Part shown: piece by piece, positions 61,923-64,000 of the stretch
Numbering within the stretch: the first letter of the stretch is position 1
How the letters are laid out: each line of letters begins with the position of its first letter
Source: Moniliella sp. 'wahieum'
Taxonomy: Eukaryota
Length of the DNA: 64,000 nt
Reading direction: 5' to 3'
Assembly (NCBI GenBank): GCA_003971905.1
Contig: RSEE01000036.1
Span: 248,001 to 312,000 of the forward strand
Notes under the pieces: model-generated
Databases searched by the model: none
Told to the model about the DNA's origin: nothing
The model's input: only the letters and a program-made list of their open reading frames with translations
Translations under genes and position numbers: made by a program

Positions 61923-63985
61923 AAGATAGTAGGCTCCTGTTTGTTGTGCTTTTTAATTGGTTTCGCTGTTTTGTTTTTGTTTGATGAAAAAAGACGTTGG
62001 TTTCCTCTCCTCTTTTGATATCTGCCATAGCAGGAAGCCATACTAGTAGGAAGCCACAGCGAGCAAATGGTACATCGAGTCATTGCAGACAATATCATCT
62101 CACAGTCGTATTCTTTTTGATCGGTTCCTGTCCGCTAGGGGTTCACAGGCGACACGCTGTGGCCTTGTTGCAGGGTGAGAACTACCGAAGGCTATGGACG
62201 AGAAGGACAGACAGCGCATTGGTCAGGGCAGCAAACACAATTGTGTGATCCCATGTGATCTGTGATCCGGGGAGGACTTGCAGCACTTGAAGCATAACCG
62301 GTAACCACTACTTACGCCACCTAGCCGTGGGTACTATTTCATAGTTACAAAAACTCTCAAAATAGCGCATGGTTCTGACGCAGACGCCTGCCGCCACCGC
62401 CACACCGCCACCGCCTCCCCGATCACCCGCTCGCCCTCCCCGAGCCACAAGGCTCCTCCCCACTCAACGGAAGATAGCATCGCGTAATGAAGTGGAGCCC
62501 ATCGAGGGGATAGTCGAGCACGTTTTATATTACTGCACCGACTGTGCCAGGGGAGGAGCACCTGGAGCTACTTAGCAATAAATTCAACCGCTATGCTCGA
62601 TTTCCCCAACGCTTTCAACACTGTGCGCCGTCGCACACTCGCAAACGCGCCCTACTGTTATGCCCCCCTCTCCTCTCTTCGAGCACCTCGTGACGGCGTA
62701 CCTGGACGCAATTTACCATGTACTCGGTACAATCACTTTCAGTAGCTACAAAATGTTGCAGTGGTTTCTATTGTCATCAATGCTTCGTTGGGCCTGCGCT
62801 TCTGTACGCAGCCGATGTGTCGCACATGTCAGTGGAACGTGGACGATCAAACATGATTAACATGATTTCCGCGCCTCTGCGTCGATGCGATGACGCTCGA
62901 TGACGCTGGGAGGATCATTGATCGATATTCGCCGTCGGGCGCTCATGCATCATGCGCTATGACGCTCACCTGATGATCCGGATGGGCAATCTGATCAGGA
63001 GAACGGGTAAGGTCAGTGATCTAGGTGAGCGACTTTCCCCGCTTTCGTAGACCAGGATCCCAGCCAACCCATTGCGCCCGTCCACCCAACTCCGATGCCC
63101 ACGCGCCCATGCGCCCACGCGCCCAGCGCCCACCCCTCCGCCCAGCGGGGTTGGCTGTCCAGGAACAGAAACTTGCCTTGTGCCCAGGGGCAGCAGGGGG
63201 CAGCCGCCTTATTCGCCGTGTGCTTGGCGCGGGGCATTAGGTGGCAAACAGTGGCTAGTGGCAAGCGCCAGCCAGGGACCAGCACGCAAGGCGCTGCAAT
63301 GGACACAGGCCCGGAGCCAGTCCCAATCGATGATCCGTCAGCGCGTCAGCTTAGGTGACCGGTGACGGTGAGCGAGTGATCGTCGGCTGGGCACCTACTG
63401 AGTACCGAGTCTCAGTTTTGAGTTGGGTTCAGAGGGTGCTGCAGCACGGCTGCAGGCACCCGCGGCCCTCGAGGCGACCCACTCCCAGCGACTGCAGTGA
63501 CTAGTGACTAGTGCTAGTGACTGACTAGTGGAGTGGCGCATGCTGGGGACGAGGGATTAGGACGTTGCCCGGCATGCCCGGCAGCAAGCAGGCGTTGGCC
63601 CGCGTCGGCAGCGTTGGCGCTGCTGCAGTAGCCGTCTGATGCATGGATGCATCGCAGGCGGCTGAGAAGCTACTCAGTACTGCATGCTCAGCCGCTCAGA
63701 CTCAGTCCGCAGTCTCCCAGTCGCCCAGCCGCTCAGCGCAGACGCTGCTATAAGGCTCAAGCGCCCAACGCCGCGCGCCCCAGTGCCATGCGGCGCCCTG
63801 CCGCGCCCATGCGCGTCCTGCGGCATCTCGAGGCTCGAGGATCGGTGTGTGTTCGGTGTGATATACCCGGTACTGAGTACCTGAGACGAGAATCAGACTG
63901 GCCATACGCAGTACAGCACCACGCCGCTCCCATCATCCGCATCGGCTCTGCAGCAACCTACTACGCCACGCGGCCAGTACCTCTG

Positions 63986-63993
63986 TATAAATA
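63986..63993 (+). promoter_or_regulatory. Putative TATA box of a gene beyond the window
   Basis: TATAAATA after a long non-coding, palindrome-rich stretch. Confidence 0.4.
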
Positions 63994-64000
63994 CCACTCT

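Overview
Gene-dense, GC-rich fungal nuclear DNA, most likely a basidiomycete (short GT-AG introns with CTAAC/CTGAC branch points, intron-containing tRNA). Nearly every conserved gene is broken by single-base indels, often in homopolymers. I read these as consensus errors of an unpolished long-read assembly, so gene ends are approximate. Recognisable genes: RPL6, MRT4, a GH128 glucanase, ERG7, RPL7 with an intronic C/D snoRNA, RRG7-like (DUF2034), AIM18-like, NDUFS4, an RTA1 protein, CK2-beta, CDC50/LEM3, an S53 sedolisin, a p24 protein, VMA7, a class I HDAC, a FabD/MCAT-fold protein, tRNA-Asp, a NAP-family chaperone, an M50B peptidase, a two-RRM protein and a CSC1/OSCA channel. The most unusual signal is non-coding. 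Intergenic, mostly promoter-side regions carry many palindromes with a fixed TGA/TCA centre and freely varying self-complementary arms. They are often chained at a 7-bp period, and I found 13 of the 16 possible 4-bp palindromes used as linkers. Other leads: an MCAT-like protein that has lost its catalytic residues, a ~400-nt foldback near 60 kb, a CRE-type retrotransposon endonuclease fragment, a MULE-type zinc DNA-binding protein without a transposase core, AT-hooks on RRG7, and a DTTAE variant in ERG7.
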